Below are positions 25,890 through 38,720 of a stretch of DNA of 64,000 nt, piece after piece. The notes below the pieces were generated by a model. It ran no database searches, was not told the origin of the DNA, and worked only from the letters and a program-made list of their open reading frames with translations. The position numbers were made by a program, and so were the translations under genes. Location of the stretch: NCBI RefSeq assembly GCF_009914755.1, contig NC_060925.1. One strand, 5' to 3'. The first letter of the stretch is position 1; every line of letters starts with the position of its first letter. The stretch comes from the human T2T-CHM13v2.0 reference genome, Homo sapiens.

Positions 25890-26930
25890 TCAGAGAGCCT
25901 TGGGCCAGAGTTCCAGGGGCTCTGGGAGTGGCTGCCAGGTGAGTTGAACAGTCCGATTTTCAGTGGGGTCCCACACAGATGGGACGCAGCTTAGGAGGAA
26001 TCCCGGGCTGCGGGCATTCCTTGGCCCAGTAGCCAGATTTCCGGCACGTGTAGCAAGCTCCTGGGGGAAGAGGTTCTGGAGGAACACCTGGCTGCTGCAG
26101 TTCAGGCGTTTGGAAGTTCTTGTGTGCTGGAGATGTGGCTGGGGTTTGTCTCACAGTGGAGGCAAGGAATTGCAACTTTTTTCTGTTATTGTACACCTTG
26201 AAGGTGAGGTGAATTAAGTCCTGTTGTGGGGTTTGAGGGCCAGATTCCAATTTTTGGAGTTTTATTTAATGTTGGGAGCAGATTGGGTAATAAAATGTAT
26301 ATTGAGAATAAGACGGCCTTTTGACCTTTTAGGGTCTAGAGCTGTAAAACATCTCAGGGTTGCTGCCGAACGAGCCATGAACTGGGCTGGGCTTTTTATG
26401 TTTGACGAAAAAGAGACTAAACGCTATCTGATTTGGGATAAAGAAAAAGGAGCATTAACCTTGACTATGCCTTTAGCTCCAGCCACCTTTTTAAGAGTAA
26501 ATTGCTGGGCAGGTGGGGGAGGGCTAGTCACGGAACGAAACTGTAAGTCGGACCAGGTGTGAAGAGGGGAGGTGATAAAAAGATTATAGGGTGGAGGAGC
26601 GGAGGCTGAGGAAGAATTGGGACCTAGCTCGGCCTGGTGAGAAGGGGAGAGGTCAAAAGGGTCTGTAGAAAAGGAAGATTAGAAAGACTCAGCAATGCTT
26701 GGGGTTGGGACTGAGGGGACAGGTGGGAGGGAAAGAAGGAAGATTTGAGATGAGTTGCATTGGGAACAGAGACTAGAGAGGGACTGATGTGTAAAAGAAT
26801 GCCTGGATGTCAGGCACCTCAGACCGTTTGCCTATTTTACGAGAATTATTTAGATCTTGCAGGATGGAAAAATTCAAAGTGCCATTTTCTGGCTATTTGG
26901 AACGACTGTCGAATTTGTATTGGAGTCAAG
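25890..26930 (-). pseudogene. gag: HERV-H gag remnant including NC zinc-knuckle region
   Basis: CYTCRKSGYWAKEC (CCHC knuckle with H->Y) in ORF 25960..26250; broken frames upstream. Confidence 0.8.
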
Positions 26931-27350
26931 CGGCATTGCAGAAGAAAATAAGGCATTTAGATTTTAGGTCAGGTGAGAGTTGAAGAGGTTTTAAGTTCTT
27001 AAGAACACAGGCTAAGGGAGAAGGAGGAATGGAAGGTGGAAGCTTACCCATAGTGAAGGAGGCAAGCCCAGAGAAAACAGTAGAGACACGGAGAAGGGGT
27101 GGGGGTTTCTTGCCCTCCAGAAAAGCAGAGAAGGGGTCGGGGCACAGAGATACGAGGTCAGGGCGTGGAAATAAGGGATCGGGGCACAGAGATACGAGGT
27201 TGGGGTACTTGCCCTTCCCCCAGAAAAGCAGAGAAGGGATAGAGACACGGAGAGAAGGGGTTGGGGTACTTGCCCCTCCCCCAGAAAAGCGGGACTTGCT
27301 GCCAAGGGTGAAGGACCAAGGCAGGCGTCCCTGCATGGTCTGACACCTTT

Positions 27351-27383
27351 GTGATGGCTTGGCTTGGGCTCAGAGGCCTGACA
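27351..27383 (-). mobile_element. 33-bp stub of the HERV-H 5' LTR
   Basis: gtgatggcttggcttgggctcagaggcctgaca matches 22990-23022 except one CpG change and is followed by the TSD. Confidence 0.92.
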
Positions 27384-27488
27384 ATCACCACACCCCCATA
27401 AGAAAGGTACCATCACCACCTCTAATTAATAAATGGGAAAGTAAGGTACAGAAAGGTCAAGATAGTTGCCAAGATCATAAAGTTAAGA

Positions 27489-27714
27489 CAGGGGTCAGTG
27501 AACTTTTTTCCATAATGAACCAAATAGTAATTATTTTCAGCTTTGCAGGCCATATGGTTGATCTCTGATGCAAATATACAACTCTGTCTTTGCAGCATGT
27601 AAGCAATCATAGACAATATATAAATGAATGGGTGTAATTGTCTAAATAAGACTTTATTTACAAAAATCAGGCAGTGAGCCAAATATCACCCACAGACTGA
27701 GTTTGCTGATCCAT
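27489..27714. mobile_element. MER58A hAT-Charlie DNA transposon
   Basis: caggggtcagtgaactttt...cagctttgcaggccata...actttatttacaaaaatcaggc...gtttgctgatcc. Confidence 0.8.
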
Positions 27715-28055
27715 AAGCTAGCAGGCAAGGGATATTGGAGTCCAAATTCTTAGCCATTATCCATATCAATTGAAGAACCACAAGATTCACAAATTTGGAA
27801 AGAAGAGCTTTATTTCTTATAAGGGTTGCAGCCTGTGGGCTGGCCATCCCACAGGTGGGAAAATGTAGCCTCCAGTAGAAACCAAAAGCAAGCACTACAA
27901 GGGAGGTAAGGGTGGAAGAGTAATTTATGCAAAATGGGTTGGATAAGTATACACATTTAGTGGGTTACAGGAGGAGCTATGACTATTCATGATAGTGGGG
28001 CATATGCATGCATAATAAACAAACATACATGGTACATACATCCATGTTCACTTTG

Positions 28056-28415
28056 TCTATTAACCTATTCTCATGCTGCTAATAAAGACATACCAGAGAC
28101 TGGGTAATTTATAAAGGAAAGAGGTTTAATTGACTCACACTTCCACATGGCTGGGGAAGCCTCACAATCATGGTGGAAGCTGAAGGAGGAGCAAAGTCAT
28201 GTCTTACATGTCAGCAGGCAAGAGAGCATGTGCAGGGGAACTCCCCTTTATAAAACCATCAGATCTCATGAGACTTATTCACCATCATGAGAGCAATATG
28301 GGAAAAACCCACCCCCACGATTCAATTACCCCCCACTGGGTCCCTCCCATGACAGGTGGGGATTATTACAATTCAAGGTGAGATTTGGGTGGGGACAAAG
28401 AGCCAAACCATATCA
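28056..28415 (-). mobile_element. THE1B/C MaLR solo LTR
   Basis: tctcatgctgctaataaagacatacc...agccaaaccatatca; TSD CTTTG. Confidence 0.92.
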
Positions 28416-28433
28416 CTTTGGGTGGAGACTTAA

Positions 28434-28886
<453 letters not shown>

Positions 28887-29547
28887 TAGTCGGTTGTGTC
28901 AGAACTGCAAAAAGGGAGGCATCTGACAAGTCTTTCACAAGAGCTGGTTTCTGTTTCACCTTTAGGAAAGAGTCTAATGGTAGTCAGTGAGGGAGGGGAT
29001 ATAACAAGTTGTGTTTGCCTCCCCATCCCATTCTGTCTTGGATGGGTACTCAGTTTTTACAATTTCTCTGAGGTTCCTTTGGCCAAGAGGGGGTCTGTTC
29101 ACTTAGTTGTGGGGCTTCAAATTTTATTTTTATTTCTCAGCCACATCTTTCTCTAGAGACTAAGGTAAGGGAGTCCCAGAGGATGACCATCACAGAAGCA
29201 GGAGACAGGCTTCAGTTATCAGCCAGGACCTAGGCTCAGACCAGCCCCCTTCACATGTGGTCCACACACCCAGTGATCTAAACCTTTGTCACAACATTCC
29301 CAGTGATCGTTTTCCATCTTGGGGATGAGGATTGAATTCTCAGGTCGGGGAAAACAGAAAATAGAGATTAGGGTGGGAAAGCACAGGCGAGAAAGCTCTG
29401 GGGAACAGACAGGATATTGAAGCTGAAACAGAGCACATTTCAGAAGGGGGCTGGAGATTAGGGATAGGATTATGGCAAGGACAATAATAATAACGTATAG
29501 CTCACTTATTCTGTGCCCTACTAAGTGTTTTGCATGTCATCTTTCTC

Positions 29548-29968
29548 TGTCATGGGTTAAAATGTATGTCACCATTTCCCAAAATTCCCAGCACCCAGGC
29601 TGGGAATTGACTGGGGATCTGACTGTGACCTTACCTGGAGATAGATATGTCTTTACAGAGATAATCAAGTTAAAATGAGGTATTTAGGGTGGGCCCTAAT
29701 CCAAGATGATTAGGGTCCTTAGAAAAAGGGGAAATTTGGAGACAGACGTGCATATCAAGGGAATGCCACATGGCATGAACATAGCCATCTACAGACAAAA
29801 GAGAGGGGCCCAGAACACATCCTCCCTCACAGCCCTCCAAGGACACCCCCCTGCCAACACCTTGATCTCAAACTTCCAGCCTCCAGAACTGTGAGACACT
29901 AAAATCCTGTTTTTTTAAAAGCATAGTTTATAATACTTTGTTACAGCAGTCCTAGCAAACAAATACAA
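29548..29968 (+). mobile_element. MLT1B-like MaLR LTR inserted in a minus-strand MIR (~29480-30140)
   Basis: gtctttacagagataatcaagttaaaatgagg...ccttgatctcaaacttccagcctccagaactgtgagac...cctagcaaacaaataca. Confidence 0.85.
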
Positions 29969-30825
29969 GTTCATCAAGCCACGGCTACCATTCTAGAAGG
30001 CCAACTCTGTTGTTATCTCCATTTTACAGAAACTCAGGTTTGCAGAGGCTGAGTAACTCGCCTACATCACACAGCTAGGAAGAAGAGGAGTTGGCATTTC
30101 AAACAAGGTTTGCCTGATTACCAAGAGATCTTAACCACTAATTTTAACCATGCTGCATGGGGTGCTGGGGGTTGGGGAGAGGTTGAATGGGGCACAGCAC
30201 CTCTCATTACATCTGGTAACTTAAAGCACAGGCCCTGACTTTGCCCACCTCTCAAAGGACCTCCCCCTCTCCCACACATACATCCCTTTGCTCTGCCCAG
30301 GGTTGGTCCTGGGGAGTGGGGAGCTTGGCGACTGAGGACTGGGTGGACTGTAGGGTGGACACTATCCCCCTAGGAGGAATCTCATTTCCCCTCCAGCACT
30401 AAGGAAACAATGCGGCTGTCAGCCCGTCCCGGGAAAAGCCTGCTGGTCCCAATGGTGCCCCCGCCCCCCAGCAGGCACTGTGGTTGGCCTGACTCTTCTC
30501 ATTAGGCCTGGGGTGACAGGACGTATCGCAGCCAGCAGCTTGCTGCAGCATCTCCTGCCTCGAGCACCAGAGCTCTGCTGGGGAGACGCAGTGGCTGCCA
30601 ACCCTGACTCACCTTGTCTGCTCCTGGAGCCTCACCCTCCCTGGCTAATTATCCCCAAAACCTGCACTGTCCAGAGGCCTTCGGCACAGAGACATCCACA
30701 CTCTTGGCCTTTTGTGGGCAGGAAAGGCCTGCTGAGGCTGTTTTAAGAAAGCAGAATTGTCAGAGCCCAAGAGGTAATTAGTATTTAAGAGGCACAAGTT
30801 GGCAAGGTTAAAAGCTGAGAAATAA

Positions 30826-30852
<27 letters not shown>
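30826..30852 (+). repeat. (CA)n microsatellite
   Basis: Read directly. Confidence 0.95.
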
Positions 30853-30857
<5 letters not shown>

Positions 30858-31409
30858 TCCATTTCAAATAATTCTTAAAAGAGTAAACAGGAAGATATGG
30901 CCCCTGCCTGGGAAACCATTAAGAAAGAAAGATAGAATTCCACACCACAGATGACCTCAGGCACTGCTGTCTGGACAGAGGCTCTTCCGCAGTGCCAGGA
31001 CAGGGCTACTTCTAGGCTGTGAAGCTCTCATCTGCCCCCAAAACCTCCTCTTCCTCCACTCCTCCTTGTCTCTGCCATCATCCTTCCTGCCACACCACTG
31101 AAAACCTCAGAATCTCCCACTGCTCTGTCCACTCCAACCCAATGTGCTGGGGATTTGTCCTTTGCCATGTAACTCTTATCCAGCCCTGCCTCTCCAGCCC
31201 ACAGTCCCTGCCCTAGTTCCAGCCTGGACCACTATAACACCTCCTTTCTGGTCACCCCACATTGGATCCATCTTCCAAACAAAGGTTTGATTGTGTCATC
31301 TTTCTACTTAAAACTCTTTCCTGGCACCTCACCGCCAAGATGCCCCGTGGGAGAGTGCATTTTCCCTTGACCTCTGGCACTGGAGTGGAACTGCAGCTCC
31401 ACCTTGCTT

Positions 31410-31570
31410 CCATATGGCCCTGGGTAAATTACTAAATCTCTCCAAACTCAGCTTCCTCATCTGTAAAATGGGTGTAACCATACTTACCTCAAGGAACTGT
31501 TGTGAGTGGTGAGCAATCAGCACCTTGAACCTGTTCATGACTCAGTAAAGTGTGGCTTTTATGATTATTA
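31410..31570 (+). mobile_element. MIR fragment
   Basis: ctcagcttcctcatctgtaaaatgggt core. Confidence 0.7.
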
Positions 31571-32123
31571 ATCCAAGAAGGAGAACGGGATTGTCCATGG
31601 TTACCTGGTAGGTTAGTAGCAAGTCCAAGACCTCGAACCCTCAGGGCACTGCAGAGCAAAATATAGCAGGCCCTCGATAAGTATCTGTTGGGTGAGTGGC
31701 TGTCAATCAATCCATAAATCAATCACTTGATCCCAGCCGGCCCTAGGTAATAAGTTCCACGAGCCTATTAACCTCCTCTCAAGACAAAGGTAAGGAAACC
31801 CAGCTTCCTTTTGTGGCCCGTGCTTATTTCTCAAGACTCAAGGAAGCTCCCTGGTGTTTACATCTGGGATTGTATGAACAAGCCTTAACTGGCTCTTTTC
31901 AGACGTCCTAATCCTGATGTGGACTCAGCTTTGCTTTTCAGACTGCGAAGGCACTGGCCCTCTGGTTTCCCACATGAGAGTGTCTTTCTCTGAGTGGCAG
32001 CCCAGAAAAGGCTTCCTGAGTTCCTGCAGCTGACCCAGCTGGGATTTCAGGTGGCCCAGACAGTTGGACCAGAATTTCTATCTGTAGTAGGATAAATTCT
32101 ACCTGTTGAGGGTGACTCTGAAA

Positions 32124-32270
32124 TTTTTTGTTTGTTTGTTTGTTTGTTTGGTAGGAAGTTGAGGTCTGGCTATATTGCCCAGGCTAATCTCAAACTCCTG
32201 TGCTAAAGTAATCCTCCCCCTCAGCCTCCAGAGTAGCTGGAATTACAGACATAAGCTACCATGCCCAGCT
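32124..32270 (-). mobile_element. FLAM-type Alu monomer with (TTTG)n tail
   Basis: ggtctggctatattgcccaggctaatctcaaactcctg...gtaatcctccc...; single arm only. Confidence 0.8.
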
Positions 32271-32401
32271 CAGAACCCCTTTAAAATGTGTGAAGTCAGG
32301 AGCCCTGTGGGAACTGGCTTCAACCCTGCCACTGTGAATGAGCCCAGACCAACAACCGTCCACTCAAAACTACAGGCTTACTGCTTTGTTGCCTTAGTTA
32401 G

Positions 32402-32755
<354 letters not shown>

Positions 32756-32779
32756 AATCTTTCTTAACCCACCTTCTAC

Positions 32780-33200
32780 ACCAAGCCCTACCCATCCCAT
32801 CATCCAAATGTGTCATTTCCCTCCCACACCACTAACAGCAACCATCGATGTTTACGCCACCCTCGTCTCCCTCCTGGGCTGTTCCAAGAGCCTCCTTCCT
32901 GACCTCCCTGCTTCCAGCTTCACCCCTTGCTCCAACCAAAACAATCTTGCTAACACACAAATCTACCTCATCACTCCCCTGCTTAAAACCTTGCAAAGGC
33001 TTCTCATTGCACCCAGGAGGAAGTCCAAAAGCCTTAACTGGATTTATAACATCTTAACGATCTGCCCCTCCCTTTCCAGTCCAATCTGATCAGACTCAAC
33101 ATGCTTGCTTTTAGAGTGCCAGATTCGTTCCGTCCTCTGGGCCTTGACAAGTGCTATTCCCTCTGCCTAAAACACTTTTCCCCCTCTTCTTCACTTGCTG
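32780..33200 (+). mobile_element. L2 fragment
   Basis: cctccttcctgacctccctgcttcc...atcactcccctgcttaaaaccttgcaaaggcttctcattgc. Confidence 0.65.
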
Positions 33201-33689
33201 AGTTTATTCAACAAATTCATTCAAGAACTACCTACAGAATGCCAGGGTTGTATCAGGCGATCTCCTTATGAGGTTCGGAGTCTCATGGAAGAGTCATAGT
33301 TACCTCAAGGGACAAATCAAATAACACAGATTAATCAATCATTACAAATTGAGATCAGTGCCATGGAGGGGAATGACAGAGAGGCCTAACCTTGGCATCT
33401 TGGAAGGCTTCCCTGAAGAAGGAATCTTTAAGCTGAGAGGTGAAGTGGTTGTTCAGTACTGGCAATAGGAACCGGGGACTGTGTGGCCCCATTCTCCACC
33501 AAGTGGAACATGACTGCCCACTATGGGAGTAAAGGAGGCTAGCAGGCAAGAGTGAGTGTGTCCATGGCTCCTGGCCTGAGGCTCCTGCAACTGCAGTTTT
33601 GCCTCTTATTTTCCCAGTCACTCCATTTTTCTCTCATGGGCTAGTCATGAGCAAACCCTGACTAATAAAATGACAAGGCTTCCAGCAGA

Positions 33690-33880
33690 TGGTAGCATGG
33701 CCTTTGAAATCATAGAGACTTGGCCTCGATTCCTGGACCCTCCACTTGTCACCGTGTGGCCCTGGGCCAGTTACTTCCCCTGTGTAAGCATGAGTTACCT
33801 CATCTGTAAAATGGGACAAAAATTCCTCCCTTTGCAAGGTTCTCCTAAGGAGGAAATGAGATGGAAGGTGTGTCCTTTCA
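33690..33880 (+). mobile_element. MIR fragment
   Basis: ccctgggccagttactt...ttacctcatctgtaaaatggg. Confidence 0.65.
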
Positions 33881-34699
33881 AAAATGAACTGCAAAAGAAT
33901 TGAAAGCCTCGTGCCATTTGCAGTTCAAGTAGGGGTAAATGGGTGATGGGGTCCCTCATGCTTTGGGCCAAAATCTACCAGGCTGGCTGGGCTCAAAGAG
34001 ACCAAACTAGAGAATTCAAAATTTCTCACTGCAGAAAAAAGCCAGCACTACCATTTAAACTGTTGATGTATTCTTTTAAAATTGACTTTCTGTCAGAGAC
34101 AAGTATAATTGAATCCCCGGACCCTTCGATATTAAAGAGGTTTCTGGACTCATTTCCCCCACCCCTAGCCCACCAACAATAAAAGAAAAACAGAGTTGTA
34201 TTAAAAATATTTAATATTCGGCACTTGATCCTACCTCCAAACAGAAACACCTAACTATGGGCCAGAGAGTGGAGAAAGAGCAGATGGCTGATAAGGTCTC
34301 GCATGGTCTGGCCCCTTCCCATAGGGCCCAATAGATGACACCCCTTTCTTACCCTGCCTTAATATAGAACTTATGAAGTCCTGCAGATGGAGATCAAGAC
34401 ATCAGCTGCGTTGTTGAAAGTATATTGTTGTGGACTGTGGCTTAAGTGTCAACACTGGGTTTCCTAAGTCCACCTCATCATCAAGCATCCTCACACGTCC
34501 AGCCTCAAGGAACGGTAGGACTGTAGACTTCACCCTGCAGGGGCAGAATGTTTACTGCCAAGAGACCCCTAACGGAGTCCAGAATACCCAGCACCTCGTC
34601 TCAAACTCACTAGTCAGAATAATCACTTGTCTTCCCTGGGAGGAGAGAGGGAAGGAGCAGAGAGAGAGAGGCCAGGAAAGACCAGAAAAAGAAAATAAG

Positions 34700-35180
34700 C
34701 CGTTATCCCTAACTTCATTCACTCTATCTGTGCCCTGTCCAAACTGGTCTTCTTTTCAGCTCTGCAAAAATGCCATGCTTCTTTGCAGCCAGGGCCTATG
34801 TACATGCTTTACTTTTTTTTTTTTTTTTTTTTTTGTATATTTGGAACACTCTCTTCTATTCTCGTTTTGTCTGGTGACCCTTATTCATCTTACAAGTTTC
34901 TGCTTAAACATTATTTCCCTAGGAAAGCCTTCCTGATCTCCCACACAAGGTCATGTCCCCCTGTTAAATGCTCTCCTAGCTTCTGTATTCCCTCTATGTC
35001 ACATTTGTCGCATTTGTCATGATTTTAAGTACATAATTATTTGTGTGATTATCTGTCCAATGTCGGCTTGCTCAAGAAGACTCGAGGGCAGAGCTGTGCT
35101 TGTGAGGATGACCACTGTATGTATCCTGGCATCAGTCTCACTACCACCACACAGTAGAGGCTCAAGATATTAATTAAAGG
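34700..35180 (+). mobile_element. L2 fragment with internal T23 tract
   Basis: tgcttaaacattatttccctaggaaagccttcctgatc; poly-T at 34813-34834. Confidence 0.6.
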
Positions 35181-35184
35181 AAGT

Positions 35185-35375
35185 AAGTAACAGTAACACA
35201 CAAAGCCATTTTAAGCACTTTGCATACATTAATCTTTTTAATGTTTAAAGTACTTCTGTTTTACAAGTGGGGAAACCAAGGCACAAAGAGGTTAGATAAT
35301 TAGCTCAAGGTCATACAGCTAACGAGCAGAGCTGGGATTTGAACACAGGCAGTCAGACTCCAGCAGCAGTGCTAC
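35185..35375 (-). mobile_element. MIR fragment
   Basis: ttttacaagtggggaaaccaaggcacaaagaggttagataattagctcaaggtcatacagct. Confidence 0.7.
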
Positions 35376-37144
35376 TCACAACTGCACTGAAGTGCATCTT
35401 GAGGAGGAGAGATGGGAGAAGTGTGTGCCATGCACGAGAGATTGGGGAGGGTCCTGATGCACAGACGGGCTTTTCTTGCACAAGAGTCTAGCCAGAGGAA
35501 AACAAAGATGGGAGAAAAGACAGAAAAGAACGTTCCATCTGCCACATTGAGGTAAGAAGTCAGGGATGCCTAAGGGGATGTCCGGGGTGAAATGCAGGGG
35601 CAGAGAAAGCCCCAAAGCTCACTGCTGCCTCTGGAACATTAAGTTAAGCCATCAACTCCCGCCCTGGTCCTGGGAGTCGGTATATGAGTTTGGCCAGTTG
35701 CCATGACAATTGGCTCTCTTGGCCCTTCAGGGTGGTCCAGCTATGGGGACCCCTGCCTCCCTGGGGTTCTCAGCACACCTGACAGATAATTTCCACCTCA
35801 TGTCATGATCTACATGAAACACATCACAGTGCCTGATAGAGTAAAAGTGTGATACATGTTTTTAAAACCTCTCAGAAGAGCCTGCATGGGAGTCACAGCC
35901 CTGACCATGGGTGCCTCTCCCTGGAGGCAATGTCCCTTGGGGGGCTAATTGTTCATTAACTCCACCAGTGAAGTCCTACAGAGATGGAATGCTGCCACCC
36001 CACGTGCCCACACCTGCGTAGTCAGCATCTGGCAGGCTCATTGTTTTAAGTGATGAGCAATTGTCATTTTCTGTCGCCTCCATGATAAATCACTTTAAGA
36101 ACTCCTTTCTCTCGACAGCATAAGTAATTACAGCCCTGGTATCTGGGGCCCTGGCACCGATTAGAAGGGAAGCAAACTACACCGGAACTGATGCTGACTC
36201 ATTTTTCTTTCTCAAAAGGGCCTAGAGGCCACAGGTTCAGAACCATTTGGCTGGACCCTTCCCGGGCTGAAAGCTGACTCCCTCCACCCCACAGCACTGC
36301 CAGAGCTGAAGCCTGGAGACAGAGCCCTCCACTCCCACCCTGCAAAGCCCCTCACCTCCTTTTCTCTAGCTGTCTTTAAGACATGATTCCCAAGTGAACC
36401 AATGATTAGGAGGAAAATGTATTGTGCTATAACAGAGAGAAATAATTAGGTTAGATAATAAGAAAGGGAAGTGTACCTTGTAAGAGGTTCTGCTGTGGTT
36501 ATGCATTCTTGGGAATATTTGATCTATTATGTTTTTTTCTTGGTAGACATGGGATGTATTGAATCAGTAGAATAAATAAACCTCTTGGTAAGCAAGAAAA
36601 AACATACCTCAGATGGTAAGAATCTTGGTGACCCAGAAATGACAATGAGGAAAAGATCGGATGATCCTGACATTCTCATAACCTGAGAAGGAGATCCTGG
36701 AACAGTACTTGGGAGAGCATTGCACTTAGGATTAAAGAATTAAAGCACACGGGGGCAGACTTGAGTGGTAGAAAGGATATATGAAACCCATGTGCTCAAG
36801 AATGTCCTGGGTACGGTACCTGCTGTCACTTCTACCACCAATGGTTGCCACCATCATAAGCAGTTGTCAGTGAATTCACATCATGCACCTGTCTGCCTAT
36901 CTGCTGGTGTCACCACATGAGAGAAACCTCTGGCCAAGAGTTAAGGAAGGCCATTCTCCTGGCAGCTTCTGTGAACCAGCCTGGGTGCCAGCTAGCCTGA
37001 CAGCCTCCTGTCTTGATTACTCTCCCTGCCCCTTTACCAATAGCCTGAGAGTCATGCGCTTTTGCAGAAGTTATTGGCTAGGGAGTCAGCAAACAATCCT
37101 GGGCAATGACACCAAAAATAAAAGGATGGAAGATGTTCATGATT

Positions 37145-37347
37145 AAATAAATTTTGGAAATGCTGCATACTTTAGCCTTCTCTGGGAGATTCACAGTGCA
37201 CATTAGCATTCTAAATGCTCTGAGAAGCCCTGCAAGAAATAACCAGGCTAGCTTTATTTAACCCATTGTTTCCTGCACTGCTCTGATCAAGGTACCTTTT
37301 TCGTGGATACCTACAAACATCCCCAAGAACATTCTTTAAGGAAATGT
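37145..37347. mobile_element. MER103C-like hAT-Charlie fragment
   Basis: ggagattcacagtgcacattagcattctaaatgctctgagaagccctgca. Confidence 0.7.
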
Positions 37348-37823
37348 TTGTTGGCACAGCCAAGACTTTCAGCTGCAAGTAAGAGAAGAGACTGGAGTCT
37401 GACTCAACCCAGGACCACAGTGACCTGACCAGAAAAAAAGATGCTGAAACCAGCTGTGTTCACCTGAGGAGATGACCGTGTCTGAGAATAACAGTAGCTC
37501 ATATTTGCTGGGTATTCACCTTGTACAGTACTTCATGATCTCCAGTTTTCAGATACGGAAACTTAAAGGAATGAAATGCAATGTACCCAGTAATATATAA
37601 TAGGTGGTCAAGCCAAGGTCTCTCGGTGGCCTGCCTGACTTGGGTATATCCCATAAACCCTCTAGGTTCTAACTTTTTATTTATAACATGAGGCTTATCA
37701 TATTATATTTTACCCACCCTTATGAAGTTGTGATGAGGATTAGATGAGATGATAAAGGACTTAATGCAGGGCTTAGAACATAGTAAGCTCTTAAGAAGTG
37801 TCAGCACAACAAATCCCACACAA

Positions 37824-37970
37824 GCTGTACTTAACTTCTCCAGTGATGGGCAGCTCATTGCCTTACAAAGACCCTGACATGACCCGCTCTAGTTACGAGA
37901 ACAGTCACCCTGTTATTGAGCCAAAACTTGTCTCCTCTTCCCCTTGGGTCCTAGCTGTGCCCTGGAAGCA
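37824..37970 (-). mobile_element. L3/CR1 fragment
   Basis: acttctccagtgatgggcagctcattgcct...ttattgagccaaaacttgtctcc...gtcctagctgtgccct. Confidence 0.5.
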
Positions 37971-38499
37971 GCCCCTAACCCTCCTCCCCTGACATCTCTG
38001 CAGAGACCCAGACAAGGATGTCATCCCCAAGTCTGCTGGTCTTTTCTCCTTATCCTCCTTCCCCAGTTCATTGAGCTTGGGAGCAGGCACTTTGCCACCA
38101 AGTTAAGACCTCCAATCATTTCTTCTTCCTTTACCCCATCCCTGGGCAGGGCCCCTGGTGTTTCTACGCTCCTCCCTTGAACAGCACACTTCTAAAGGGT
38201 TTCTCTCTATCTGCAAAAGCCAGCATCTGCCACAGAGCACCCAGACCGTGAAAGTTGATGGAGGGCACGGACATCCTGCATGCCAGCCAGCCCAACTTGC
38301 CTGGGTGGCCAAGAAGGGGACAGGTCAGCCTCACACCTAACTCAGCTCCCTGGGGAAACCAAGTGAGGAGAAGGGATGTGCTGGCCCAGATGTCACTGGA
38401 TGCAAGACCAGGTGCACAACCCAGCAGCCTCTTGAAGGCGGGAAGTCCCCAGAGGACACAGAACACAGAGGAAGAGAGCAACGTTGTTATGGTTTAACC

Positions 38500-38720
38500 C
38501 TTAGATGGCACATACCATTTACCAGCACAGTTCTATGTACTTTACCTGCAGATTAACTCATTTATCCTCACAAGACCCTATCTGCTCCCATTTGAGAGAG
38601 GAGCAAACCAGGCCAAAGAGAGGTTAAGTTATTTTCCCAAGATCACACAGCAAATATGCAATACAGCTGGTGTTTGAGGCCAGACAATCTGGCTCCAGAG
38701 CTTGCATCCTGACTCTCTGT
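38500..38720 (-). mobile_element. MIR fragment
   Basis: attaactcatttatcctcacaagacccta...agagaggttaagttattttcccaagatcacacagc. Confidence 0.7.

Larger units (their letters stand above)
22592..27383 (-). mobile_element. HERV-H provirus (env largely deleted; 5' LTR almost entirely deleted), inserted in a MIR
   Basis: LTR7-type termini, gag/pro/pol remnants, PPT next to the 3' LTR, perfect TSD ATCAC at 22587-22591 and 27384-27388. Confidence 0.96.

Noticed and set aside
23429-26930. Functional HERV-H Gag/Pro/Pol/Env proteins
   Set aside because: Frames are under ~110 aa, the protease catalytic Asp and the zinc-knuckle His are lost, and env is mostly absent.
27070-27295. Direct repeats (ggggcacagagatacgaggt x2; ggggtacttgccc x2)
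   Set aside because: A usual feature of the HERV-H leader/pre-gag region, not a novel element.
34430-34936. 168-aa ORF (similarly 46074-46547 and 51338-51817)
   Set aside because: The first two run through L2 or poly-T sequence, some use non-ATG starts, and none shows a recognisable domain.
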